Below are positions 49,740 through 60,383 of a stretch of DNA of 64,000 nucleotides, piece by piece (positions within the stretch are counted from its first letter, which is position 1; each line of letters begins with the position of its first letter). Both the position numbers and the translations under genes were made by a program. Source of the stretch: a bacterium. Lineage in GTDB: Bacteria; UBA10199; 2-02-FULL-44-16; JAAZCA01. Location of the stretch: the NCBI GenBank assembly GCA_963674695.2, contig CAXXGI010000001.1, positions 544,001 to 608,000 on the forward strand, given 5' to 3'. Under the pieces are notes generated by a model, which was not told the DNA's origin, did not search any database, and saw nothing but the letters and a program-made list of their open reading frames with translations.

Positions 49740-50521
49740 AGTTCCTTCAACTCTTGCTGCAGACTCTGTGCGATGTGAGCAATATTCGCCTCCGTCGCCA
49801 CGAGCGGCTCACTCCCCTGACGCATCGGTGGCGTAAAGATGCGGTCGACCCAGGTGGGCGAACCCTCGAGACCAAGGCGCTGGAGATCGCAACCAATATC
49901 CACCGCACTCCAAACGGGAATATTCGAACGCTTCGCCCGCACCTTCCCCATAAACGAGGTATAGCGCGGTGTGCTGATCTCTTTGACGACCGAGAGCAGG
50001 CACGGCAGCGGCAGGCGCACGATATCGTGGCCGCATTCCGTCATGCGCTCCACGACGACGTGTCGCGGGCCCACCTCCTGCACGCGACGGACGAAGGCGG
50101 CCTGCGGCAGGAGCAGATGCACCGCGATCCCCGGACCCACTTGCGCGGTATCGCCGTCGGAGGCCTGCTTGCCCGTCAGGATCAGATCGAAGGCACCGTG
50201 ATGGATGATTGCCCGAGCCAATGCATAGCTGGTCGCAAGCGTGTCGCTGCCGGCAAAGGCACGATCAGAGATGAGCACCGCATCGTCCGCCCCCATGGCG
50301 ATCGCCTCTTCGAGCGCCACCCGCGCCTGCGGTGGACCCATGGTGAGGACCGTCACGCGCCCCCCGTGCGCTTCGCGCAGGCGCAGCCCCTCTTCGATGG
50401 CATAGAGATCGAACGGATTGATGATCGAGCGCACCCCATCGCGCACGAGCGTGTTCGTCTGCGGATTGATCTTCACATCCGTCGTATCGGGAACCTGTTT
50501 GATGCAGACAATGATATCCAT
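49724..50521 (-). CDS. etfB: Electron transfer flavoprotein beta subunit
   Basis: VCIKQVPD, NPFD, GSDTLAT, DGDTAQVGP, GSPTWV. Confidence 0.95.
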   Translation of the reverse strand: MDIIVCIKQVPDTTDVKINPQTNTLVRDGVRSIINPFDLYAIEEGLRLREAHGGRVTVLTMGPPQARVALEEAIAMGADDAVLISDRAFAGSDTLATSYALARAIIHHGAFDLILTGKQASDGDTAQVGPGIAVHLLLPQAAFVRRVQEVGPRHVVVERMTECGHDIVRLPLPCLLSVVKEISTPRYTSFMGKVRAKRSNIPVWSAVDIGCDLQRLGLEGSPTWVDRIFTPPMRQGSEPLVATEANIAHIAQSLQQELKELWASK

Positions 50522-50644
50522 AAAAATTAAAAAGGAAAAATATGAAATGAAAAACACAGACCAAAAATAAAAGATAAAGTCGTAAAATTTTTCATTTTTG
50601 ATTTGTGTATTTCATTTTTCATTTCCTATTTTTCATTTTGAAAT
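50522..50644. repeat. AT-rich imperfect inverted repeat between ETF-QO and etfB
   Basis: A-rich arm AAAAAGGAAAAATATGAAATGAAAAACACAGACCAAAAAT vs T-rich arm ATTTTTGATTTGTGTATTTCATTTTTCATTTCCTATTTTTC. Confidence 0.55.
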
Positions 50645-52290
50645 CACATTCCCTTGTAATTCGGTCCGCCGCCGCCCTCGGGGGGAACCCAGGTGACGAT
50701 CTTGTACGGATCCTTGATATCGCACGTCTTGCAGTGCACGCAGTTGGACGGGTTCAGGTGGAGGCGTGTGACGCCATCGGCCTCCTCGACCATTTCGAAG
50801 ACGCCCGCGGGACAGAAGAACTGACACGGATTGCCGTACTCCTGCTTGCAACGCCCGTTACAGATGGAGGTGTCATCGACCAGGATGTGACAGGGCTGGT
50901 CCTCCTCGTGTTTCGTACCGGAAGCAAAGACACAGGTCGTGCGATCGAAAGTCACCTTGTCATCCGGAACGAAGGGCGGCTCTTTGTGTGCCTTCACCTG
51001 GCTGAGCTCTTTCGTGCAGTCCGCATCCGAAGGCACCGGAATGCGATCGTGCAATCCCCGACCGCCGGTGAGGATACCCAGACTCGCATTGATCATCCCG
51101 CCGATGAGCCCCCCGTGAAATCCCTGGTGAAAATTGCGCGCAAGCTTGAGTCCCTTCGCCATCCAACTTCCCCGCACGCGTTCATCATAGACCGAGAGTT
51201 TTGCTGCCGAACAGTCATCCACACGCAACGCATCGATCGCCGTCTCGGCAGCCAGCATCCCCGACTTCATCGCCAAATCGATCCCCTTGAGCTTCATGGC
51301 GTTCAAAAACCCGGCGCTCTCGCCGATGATGAGGAATCCATCGCCATAGGTTCGCGGAATGCAGTAGAACCCCCCCTCCGCGATCGTGCGCGCGCCATAG
51401 GAGAGCATGCGGCCGCTCTCGAAAAGCGGTCGAATCGCCGGGTGCGCCTTCCAGCGCTGAAAGAGCTCGTAGGGATAGGTGCGCGGATCCTTCCAATCGA
51501 GCGAGACCACGAGCCCCGCCGCCACATGCCGATCGCGCAGATGATAGATGAAACTCCCGCCAAAGGTCTTCGCGTCCAGCGGATGGCCCATCGTGTTGAC
51601 GATGGTCCCCTCCCGGAAATGCTTCGGGTCCACCTCCCAGAGTTCCTTGATTCCCACCGCATACCCCTGAGGCAGGCAGTGTTCATCGAGCCCCTGTGAT
51701 TCGACGAGGCGCCGCGTCAAGTGTCCGCGCGCGCCCTCGCCCAGCACGACAATGCGCGCGCCGATATCGGTCGGGGGCAGGTAGTTCGACTTCTGCTTAC
51801 CCTCCTTATCGCACCCCTTCCCCTTGATGCGCACACCGATCACGGCCCCGCGTTCATCCTGGATAAGTTCATCGACCGCCTCACCGGAAAAGATCTCGAC
51901 CCCTTCGGCCTCGCAATGGCCGCCCAGCCATCGCACGAACTCCGCCAGCGAGATAATATACTTGCCGTGGTTGGACATCGGCGGCGGAACGAGGGGTGCG
52001 GGGATGTGATGATTGCGCGTCAGATACCAGAGGCGCTCACGGCTCACCTTCGTGCCGAAGGGGATGTCGCGACTGCGCCAATCGGGCATCAGTTCGGCCA
52101 GCGCTCGCGGGTCAAGCGCCGCGCCCGAGAGCGAATGATCACCCAGATTTGGCGCCTTCTCGATGACGGCCACCGTCATGCCGGAGAGCTTCGGATCTGT
52201 CTTGGCCAGACGTTTGAGATGCAGCGCACCGGCGAGCGATGCCGGCCCGCCGCCGACAAAGATGACATCGAAGGAAAGTTCAAAGGACAT
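50644..52290 (-). CDS. etfdh: Electron transfer flavoprotein-quinone oxidoreductase
   Basis: GGGPA, SGA, GIKELW, KGIDLAMKSG, EEDQPCH, CPAGV, NCVHCKTCDIKDP, PEGGGGP. Confidence 0.93.
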   Translation of the reverse strand: MSFELSFDVIFVGGGPASLAGALHLKRLAKTDPKLSGMTVAVIEKAPNLGDHSLSGAALDPRALAELMPDWRSRDIPFGTKVSRERLWYLTRNHHIPAPLVPPPMSNHGKYIISLAEFVRWLGGHCEAEGVEIFSGEAVDELIQDERGAVIGVRIKGKGCDKEGKQKSNYLPPTDIGARIVVLGEGARGHLTRRLVESQGLDEHCLPQGYAVGIKELWEVDPKHFREGTIVNTMGHPLDAKTFGGSFIYHLRDRHVAAGLVVSLDWKDPRTYPYELFQRWKAHPAIRPLFESGRMLSYGARTIAEGGFYCIPRTYGDGFLIIGESAGFLNAMKLKGIDLAMKSGMLAAETAIDALRVDDCSAAKLSVYDERVRGSWMAKGLKLARNFHQGFHGGLIGGMINASLGILTGGRGLHDRIPVPSDADCTKELSQVKAHKEPPFVPDDKVTFDRTTCVFASGTKHEEDQPCHILVDDTSICNGRCKQEYGNPCQFFCPAGVFEMVEEADGVTRLHLNPSNCVHCKTCDIKDPYKIVTWVPPEGGGGPNYKGM

Positions 52291-52440
52291 GCCCCATCCC
52301 CCCTGGAATTCTTAAGCCGCAGCAGCATAGATGGTCGAAAGCCTTCGGTCAAGAAGAGCCCCACTAGGAACCGACATCAAAATCTGCTAGAATGCGGGCA
52401 CCTCAAAAAACTCAATTTTTGATGTCGCCTCCCGGGGAAA

Positions 52441-53430
52441 ATGGAGACCTACATGGACCGCTACCCCAAACCGCAGCTGGTCGTCAGCAAATGCCTCGGA
52501 TTTGCTGACTGTCGTTGGAACGGCATCGCGATTTCCTCAACCGTCGTCGAAAAGCTTGAGCCCTTCGTCACGTTTCATCCGGTCTGCCCGGAAATGGAAA
52601 TCGGTTTGGGTGTACCGCGAAAGCCGATTCGCATCGTACTCAAAAAGGAGCGACGCCTTCTGTTGCAATCGATAAACGAGATGGATGTCACCGAACGCAT
52701 GGAGCGTTTCTGCTCGCAGTTTCTCGACGGCCTCACGGGAAAACCTCTCGACGGCTTCATCCTCAAAGGACGCAGCCCCTCCTGCGGCATCAAGGACGTC
52801 AAACTCTACCCCCGCCTGGGCAAAGTCGCCGCGCTCTCGGGAAAGGCAAAGGGGTTCTTCGGCAGCGCGGTCCTGAAACGCTTTCCGCTGCTGGCCGTCG
52901 AGGATGAGGGGCGGCTGACGAGCTTCCAGATCCGCGAACATTTTCTGACCCAAGTCTTCGCGCTCGCGAGGCTGCGCGAATTTCTCGAACACCCCACGCC
53001 GGCAGGGCTGGTGGAGTTTCAGGCACGTCACAAACTCCTGCTCATGGGATATAACCAATCGAAGATGCGCGAGTTGGGGCGCATCGTTGCCAACCACGAA
53101 CAGCATCCCTTCGATCGCGTCTGTTCGGCTTTTGCCGATGGATTCCGTCTGGCCATCTCCAAGGCGCCGCGCACGAGATCAAACGTGAACGTCCTGATGC
53201 ACGCGCTCGGTCACTTCTCGGAAGGACTCGGAGCCCCCGAGAAAGCGCACTTCCTCGGTGAACTCGAAAGGTTTCGCGCGGGGCATACACCGCTTTCGGT
53301 CCCGATCGGCATTATCCGTTCCTTCATCGCCCGCTTCGGCAACGATTACCTCGCCAAACAATACTATTTCGATCCCTATCCCGAATCACTCGTCGAAATC
53401 ACCGATTCCGGAAAAGGACGCAGCTGGTAG
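52441..53430 (+). CDS. ybgA: DUF523 + DUF1722 (YbgA family) protein
   Basis: VSKCLG, VCPEMEIGLGVPR, SPSCG, EDEGRL, HKLLL, NVLMHALG, PYP. Confidence 0.9.
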   Translation: METYMDRYPKPQLVVSKCLGFADCRWNGIAISSTVVEKLEPFVTFHPVCPEMEIGLGVPRKPIRIVLKKERRLLLQSINEMDVTERMERFCSQFLDGLTGKPLDGFILKGRSPSCGIKDVKLYPRLGKVAALSGKAKGFFGSAVLKRFPLLAVEDEGRLTSFQIREHFLTQVFALARLREFLEHPTPAGLVEFQARHKLLLMGYNQSKMRELGRIVANHEQHPFDRVCSAFADGFRLAISKAPRTRSNVNVLMHALGHFSEGLGAPEKAHFLGELERFRAGHTPLSVPIGIIRSFIARFGNDYLAKQYYFDPYPESLVEITDSGKGRSW

Positions 53431-53438
53431 GTTTTTTC

Positions 53439-54803
<1,365 letters not shown>

Positions 54804-54887
54804 ATCGAACATTGACGCGATGGGGTGATATGATATGCAAAATCATCGATCTCACACCATGTATCCCCACCCGAACGGAGTTTTGCG

Positions 54888-55898
54888 ATGCCACATTCAA
54901 AAAAGGCCATTCTTTCGCCCTCCTCCGAAGGAGAATCGATCGATGCGATCCCCGTCGGGGAGTTCGGCGGCATCGAGCCGACCGAAAAGGATATGGGGCT
55001 GGTCCAGTTCACGCTCGATAAGGGCGTGCGCACGACGGTGGTAGGCACGGTCTATGGCCTCGACTTCGAAATCGAAAATGAGGGCTATCGCGTCCGTATC
55101 TTCTTCGACTACTACAATAAGCGTTTGAAGGTCCTCGACTACGATGCCGAGAACTACTCCGCACTCGTCACGCGACTGTCCTGGCTGGCCGAACACAACC
55201 AGTTCGACAAAATCTTCTTGAAGGCCCACGAATCCGACTTTCAGCAGTTTCTCTCGCACGGATATCTGATGGAGGGAATCCTGCGCTACTACTTCCAGGG
55301 AAAGGACGCCTATATCCTCTCGCGCTTCTCCTCGGAAGCGCGCGTCACCAGCGATCACGTCATCGAAGAGGCACAGATGATCGAGGAGCTGATGTGCCAC
55401 ACCGAACACATCGAGCGCCGCCCGCTCGATCCAACGATCACGATCCGGCGTGCAACCCCCGAAGACATTCCACAGCTCATCCTCATCTATCGCAGCGTCT
55501 TTGACACCTATCCGTCGCCGCTGACAAACCCCGACTACATCAAGTCGACGATGGAGCGAAACGTCATCTATCGCATCGCTTTTGAGAATGAGCAGGCGAT
55601 CGCTGCCGCCAGCGCCGAGATCACCGATCGCCATTCCAACGCCGAGGTGACCGACTGCGCCACCACCCCCGAGGCACAGGGCAAGGGCATCATGCAGCAC
55701 TTGATCGCTGCACTCGAGGACGACTTGCGCGAACGCAAGATCAGGACGGCCTACACGTTGGCGCGCGCCTTGAGTATCGGCATGAACCGCTCGTTCTATC
55801 GTCTGGGGTATGAGTTCTGCGGAAGACTCATCAACAACTGCGACATCTTCGGCAAGTTCGAGGACATGAACATCTGGGTCAAGCGGCTGGCGCGATAG
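54888..55898 (+). CDS. ablB: Putative beta-lysine N-acetyltransferase (AblB-like GNAT)
   Basis: YYNKRLKV, F.TYPSP, AEVTDCAT, YTLARA, FEDMNIW. Confidence 0.8.
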   Translation: MPHSKKAILSPSSEGESIDAIPVGEFGGIEPTEKDMGLVQFTLDKGVRTTVVGTVYGLDFEIENEGYRVRIFFDYYNKRLKVLDYDAENYSALVTRLSWLAEHNQFDKIFLKAHESDFQQFLSHGYLMEGILRYYFQGKDAYILSRFSSEARVTSDHVIEEAQMIEELMCHTEHIERRPLDPTITIRRATPEDIPQLILIYRSVFDTYPSPLTNPDYIKSTMERNVIYRIAFENEQAIAAASAEITDRHSNAEVTDCATTPEAQGKGIMQHLIAALEDDLRERKIRTAYTLARALSIGMNRSFYRLGYEFCGRLINNCDIFGKFEDMNIWVKRLAR

Positions 55899-56126
55899 CG
55901 CTTCGCTCTCACTCATTGCCCTCACAAATTTCGTCATCAATTCCACTCAATCAGAATGCAATCGTGATTGTTTCAGCGAGGAGCGCGGCCTCCTCCCCGC
56001 CCACTTTGCACTGTCCGGTCAGGACGATGAGCTCGAATGATCTCATAATCGTCATCTCCGAACAGAGAAAAATATATCATTGAATATCATACAGTTATAA
56101 ACTACCCCTCCCATAACGAAAAAAAG

Positions 56127-56154
56127 CGCAACTTTTTTGCGCCTCATGCGATAA
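56127..56154 (+). promoter_or_regulatory. Recurrent promoter-like motif, copy F
   Basis: CGCAACT-N13-TGCGATAA upstream of ATG 56200; IHF-like TATCATACAGTTA further upstream. Confidence 0.6.
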
Positions 56155-56199
56155 CGAATGGGTTCGATTCATATCCGACAATAGACCTGGAGGAAAGCG

Positions 56200-57510
56200 A
56201 TGAATATGTTGGCACAGGGCGCAATGCCCTTCGTGGGCACCCCCTTTATCGATCCCGCAGGGAATGATTTGAATTTAATGTTCACCGCAGAGCCGGGCAC
56301 GGGAGCGACCGACGATCCGAGTGCAAACAACGATGCGTTTGCAATGGACGATCCGTATCCGACCCCACCGCCGAATGCCGAGCGGATGGCCGACTGGCGG
56401 TGGTGGAAACCATGGAATGTTGACGAGACGACCGAACGACAGATCGCGGATGTCTTTGAAGCCAACGCCCCGATCGAAGAGCGGCTCTGGGACGGCTTCC
56501 GGGTGTTGTCCCACCGCCGATATGCGGATGTCGTTCAGCGCAGCGGCGTCGAAAAAACGCTCGGTGCGATCGACGGCGCCCGCGACGACTTCACCTTTCT
56601 GGGCCATCCCATGATGAATGCAGAGGATCTCGCAGCAGCGAGCGAATCCTACTTCGCCCTCTTCCCTCCCTCCATCCGAGAGCAGGTCCCCGGCAGGACG
56701 ATCGCCGATTTCAACCGCGCCTTCAAACTTCATATCGCGGAGATGAAGGCAAGGAACGAGGCGGTCGATCCCCTCGCTATGTGGAAAACCATGAGGGAAT
56801 TCGACAAGATCCAGCGTTCGCAGCATCATAGCGGGCTCCTCTACAGCGATGGCACCATCTGGCTCGCCCCCCTCTTGCGCGATGTCCCCAACGGCATCGG
56901 CCTCATCAATGTCCTCACACATGAAGCCGCCGGCCACGACGCCGCCGCACGCGGCGCCAACGGCGCCATTGCATCCGCCCTCCTGTATCTCGGGAGCAAC
57001 ACCGCATTGAATATTGTACGCGCTCTCCTGGACCCCACGACCCCGCTGTCAAACCGCCTTCTGACCTATCTCGTCGAGGGCGAGGCGATCGGCGCCGAGT
57101 GGGAGTACATCCATCGCATTCCCGCCGACATGCGCACGCAACTCATGGAGGCGATCGCCGATTCGATGGAGGAGAAAGAACGCACGCTCCTCAACGAGAA
57201 GGGCTGGATCCCGCGCCGAGCGCTCGACGCCCTCGGCCTCGAGAAGGGAAGCGCCGAGCGCGTCCGTGCGCTCTACCGCGCCGGAGCCTACCAGCACCTG
57301 GCGCTCGCAGATCGAAAGAAGGGGGCCTATATCCGCCGCGTCCGAAAGATGGGCGGTTACTCTCCGCTTCGCATGCTCTGGGAACCGACGCGCCGCGACT
57401 GGTATGTCTCCTCGATGGAGGGGCTCACCAAGAGTTTTTGGCAGAAGCGCATCGGCTATGCCGCCAAGCTCTCGGCCTTTGCCTATCTCCTCTCGCAGGT
57501 CGTCGGATAA
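56200..57510 (+). CDS. Orphan protein with acidic leader and zincin-like HExxxH motif
   Basis: GGAGG RBS; VLTHEAAGH followed by EGEAIGAE; no signal peptide. Confidence 0.65.
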   Translation: MNMLAQGAMPFVGTPFIDPAGNDLNLMFTAEPGTGATDDPSANNDAFAMDDPYPTPPPNAERMADWRWWKPWNVDETTERQIADVFEANAPIEERLWDGFRVLSHRRYADVVQRSGVEKTLGAIDGARDDFTFLGHPMMNAEDLAAASESYFALFPPSIREQVPGRTIADFNRAFKLHIAEMKARNEAVDPLAMWKTMREFDKIQRSQHHSGLLYSDGTIWLAPLLRDVPNGIGLINVLTHEAAGHDAAARGANGAIASALLYLGSNTALNIVRALLDPTTPLSNRLLTYLVEGEAIGAEWEYIHRIPADMRTQLMEAIADSMEEKERTLLNEKGWIPRRALDALGLEKGSAERVRALYRAGAYQHLALADRKKGAYIRRVRKMGGYSPLRMLWEPTRRDWYVSSMEGLTKSFWQKRIGYAAKLSAFAYLLSQVVG

Positions 57511-57629
57511 TCCCCGTATCCCCGCTCGACGTGGCAGCCCGCAGAGATATTTGTATTCTCTGAGGTGATGGCGTAGAGTCCCCCCGGTCTGCAGAGATAA
57601 AACCCATCACACCATCCCGGGGGAATACC

Positions 57630-58418
57630 ATGAAGAAATTTCACGTGATCGCATTGAGCCTCATCGCAACAGCGGCAATCACCGTCGGCGTTTTCATTGG
57701 TTGCGGTAGCAGCGGCTCGACGCCCACGCCGACGCCGACGCCCGGCACTGTCACCGCTTTGAAAATCACCAACACCGGCTCATCCTCCGTCATCATCGGT
57801 TTTGTCAGTGCCGCCGTCGGCGGCGCCTGCCCCACATCGACGACCATCCTGACAGCGGAGGAGCTCCACAACGCGGGATGGTGCACCGACTACGAAGCGG
57901 GCGTAAACGGCGCGGGGAAATGCCTCAAGACCCTGGGGGCCGCCGGAAGTGCAACCGCCTCGACCACCGTTCCCAATCCGGACAACAAGTGCATCTCCGG
58001 AAACTTCGGGGCCGGCGGATTCGCATCCTGCCAGACGGTGGAATATCCCCACGGATGGACGCAGGGCGAGTTCACGCTCAACCCGACCGCAACCACGCAG
58101 GAGGCGATCGACATCAGCGGTGTGAACGGCATCAACTATGCGGTCTCCATCGTCGTGGGCAGCGGCTGGTATTATGAGGACGGCACGACCATCGCAGATG
58201 GCGGAACCGTCGGCCCGAACGGTGCGCTCAATGACAACATCGGCGTCAAGGGCGTCTACCCCAACAGCTGCACCGACTGCATTCAACTGGTCGGCACGAT
58301 CCCCTGCGAGGGCCTCTCCTCGCTCCCGCCCACCTGCCAGGCCAGCCGCGTCTGCAACGTCCAGCGCGATGTCACCTTCGGCGGCACGGTCGAATTCCAG
58401 ATCGGCGAGGTGTTGTAG
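57630..58418 (+). CDS. Lipoprotein with thaumatin/osmotin-like domain
   Basis: Lipobox FIGC, TP linker, ITNTG, TQGEFTL..IDISGVNGINYAV resembling thaumatin TLAEFTL..YDVSLVDGFN; many Cys. Confidence 0.65.
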   Translation: MKKFHVIALSLIATAAITVGVFIGCGSSGSTPTPTPTPGTVTALKITNTGSSSVIIGFVSAAVGGACPTSTTILTAEELHNAGWCTDYEAGVNGAGKCLKTLGAAGSATASTTVPNPDNKCISGNFGAGGFASCQTVEYPHGWTQGEFTLNPTATTQEAIDISGVNGINYAVSIVVGSGWYYEDGTTIADGGTVGPNGALNDNIGVKGVYPNSCTDCIQLVGTIPCEGLSSLPPTCQASRVCNVQRDVTFGGTVEFQIGEVL

Positions 58419-58455
58419 GAAGCTCGGACGTTCGAGTCCATACGAAACACAAGAG

Positions 58456-58493
58456 ATCGGGAGGGTCGAAAAAACGACCCTCTCGATTTTTTT
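58456..58493 (+). terminator. Rho-independent terminator
   Basis: ATCGGGAGGGTCG-AAAAAA-CGACCCTCTCGAT followed by T-run. Confidence 0.75.
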
Positions 58494-58530
58494 GTGCCCC
58501 TGAAGGAATTATGGTCGAATCTGAGATAAT

Positions 58531-58561
58531 CTTATTACGCAATAATATATTGCGTAATAAG
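58531..58561. promoter_or_regulatory. Perfect 14-bp inverted repeat (candidate operator)
   Basis: CTTATTACGCAATA-ATA-TATTGCGTAATAAG upstream of the two-gene operon. Confidence 0.7.
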
Positions 58562-58606
58562 CATTATATTATTGCATATTGCACTCACTTCCCGTACCCT
58601 TTCCCT

Positions 58607-59161
58607 ATGAACATGAATCGACAGCAACTCCTCGCCTATCTGGGCGAGTTGGGGCGGGTCTATGAGGAGCTCGATGGCCCTCCCATCGAATTGGGGATCT
58701 GCGGTGGAGCAAGTCTCATCCTGACGAATTTGATCGATCGGGCCACCAAGGATATCGATATCCTCTTTCCCACCCCATGGCCAAATGAGTTAACGGAGGC
58801 GGCGCGAATCGTGTCACGCCTCTTCGGACTTCCCGAAGACTGGATCAATGCAGGCCCCGATGTTATCACCTCGATGGGCCTGCCGGAGAAATTTCGAACG
58901 CGTGCAACGATCATGACATTCGGCTCACGCCTGACCGCTTGTTTCGCCTCTCGATACGATCAAATCTTTTTCAAGGTCTATGCGGCTGCCGACCGCGCTG
59001 GCTATCATGTCGATGACCTTTTGGCATTACATCCCACACCCGAAGAGATTTTGGCAGCGGCAAGATGGTGTCGATCTCACGACACCTCGGATGGATTCAA
59101 GACAATCCTGATCAATATGCTGGAGCAATTGGGTTATGGCGAAGCCGCACAACAACTCTAG
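58607..59161 (+). CDS. DUF6036-like nucleotidyltransferase (AbiEii-like toxin candidate)
   Basis: CGGASL..RATKDID (GG..DxD), DWIN, KVYAA.R..H.DDL. Confidence 0.75.
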   Translation: MNMNRQQLLAYLGELGRVYEELDGPPIELGICGGASLILTNLIDRATKDIDILFPTPWPNELTEAARIVSRLFGLPEDWINAGPDVITSMGLPEKFRTRATIMTFGSRLTACFASRYDQIFFKVYAAADRAGYHVDDLLALHPTPEEILAAARWCRSHDTSDGFKTILINMLEQLGYGEAAQQL

Positions 59162-60236
59162 TCGCGTCCTTCGCGACCGCATTCTCGCGATCATCTGGGC
59201 CCAGTGGAATCGCCTCGGCCTCAACGGCACCGGTGAAAGCAATCATTATTCCGTCGACATCGAATCCGCACTGATCGCCGCTGCGTTTGGCTCACGCCTG
59301 GATGGACGCCTCTTTGAAGGGGTGCGAGCGTGGCTGAATCGCTATGGCGCGCTGGTCAACGGTGAGCGCATGGCAACGCTCACCCGCGATGCAAATGACG
59401 AATGGAGCGCCCGCTTCCTCGGGGCGCTCTTCGAAGGGATCGATCCCGTTCAATGGAAGGGAGTGATCAAGAGGTGCGCTTCATCCCGTTCACCATCGTG
59501 GAAAAGGACGCCCCTGCTGATTCGTTCAGCGAACAAGGGCTGGCGCGACAAAGATCCCATTTGGGAAAAGTGGGGCATCATCGCTGATCGTACATCCCCC
59601 CGACCGAAGATGCAGGACCACAACACCGTCCTTCGACACAACGCCCTCATGCGATACCGCGCGCTCTACGGAACTATCGTTCGCGCCGACGTCTTCTATC
59701 TGCTTTCGGTCCATCACCATTCCCGCACAACGCGAGGATGGAATCTGCCAACGACCGTCAACCTCGCCCACCTGCTCCACTGTCACCCCTCGACCATTCA
59801 CCGCATTCAGAAGGAACTCGAACGGGGTGGATTCATCGAACCGCTTGACGCGAGCCGCAAACGACGTTCATCGACAGGGGCGTGGCCATTGAGAGACCTT
59901 CCTCTCCTCCCGACGGAAGAAGGCGACGACCTCGGAATCGTCGATTGGGTTGGGATCAATTCTCTCCTGCACGACACCTTCACCCTCGCGGCAGAGCTGG
60001 AGACCAATCCGGATGAGGCGATCGCAAAGGTTTCCCTCCAGGATTTTCAGACCCGGAACTTTCCGCTCCTGATCGATCATGGCGTCGTCATCCCCAAGGC
60101 CTCCGGAGTTGCACTCGGACCGCTGGGAACCCACTCCCTCGACGAGCTCGTTGGCATAATCACCAAAGCGCTCGCATCGTTCGTACAGATCATCGGTTGC
60201 AGGGCGATTTCGAATGACGTCATCGAGAAGGCATAA
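59136..60236 (+). CDS. Hypothetical HTH-containing partner protein (antitoxin candidate)
   Basis: Overlaps the NTase end; WAQWNRLG, RADV, TVNLAHLLHCHPSTIHRIQKELERGG HTH-like. Confidence 0.65.
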   Translation: MAKPHNNSSRVLRDRILAIIWAQWNRLGLNGTGESNHYSVDIESALIAAAFGSRLDGRLFEGVRAWLNRYGALVNGERMATLTRDANDEWSARFLGALFEGIDPVQWKGVIKRCASSRSPSWKRTPLLIRSANKGWRDKDPIWEKWGIIADRTSPRPKMQDHNTVLRHNALMRYRALYGTIVRADVFYLLSVHHHSRTTRGWNLPTTVNLAHLLHCHPSTIHRIQKELERGGFIEPLDASRKRRSSTGAWPLRDLPLLPTEEGDDLGIVDWVGINSLLHDTFTLAAELETNPDEAIAKVSLQDFQTRNFPLLIDHGVVIPKASGVALGPLGTHSLDELVGIITKALASFVQIIGCRAISNDVIEKA

Positions 60237-60383
60237 CAGGCCAGCGCTTCCAACCCTTCGACTCGTCGCTCAGGGCGGGCGGTGCATCGGCAAATGCAAA
60301 ACGGGTGAGCGCTCCTTGAGGGAGCGTCGTTGAATCCAGTTGGTCAAATGGTATTAAAACGACAGACAATAATTCTCAACATT

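Noticed and set aside
55951-56055. 34-aa minus-strand ORF
   Set aside because: Too short, no recognisable motif; cannot be supported
58426-58439. tRNA T-arm-like GGACGTTCGAGTCC as an att site
   Set aside because: Only 10 nt match, inverted relative to tRNA-Glu, and no cloverleaf
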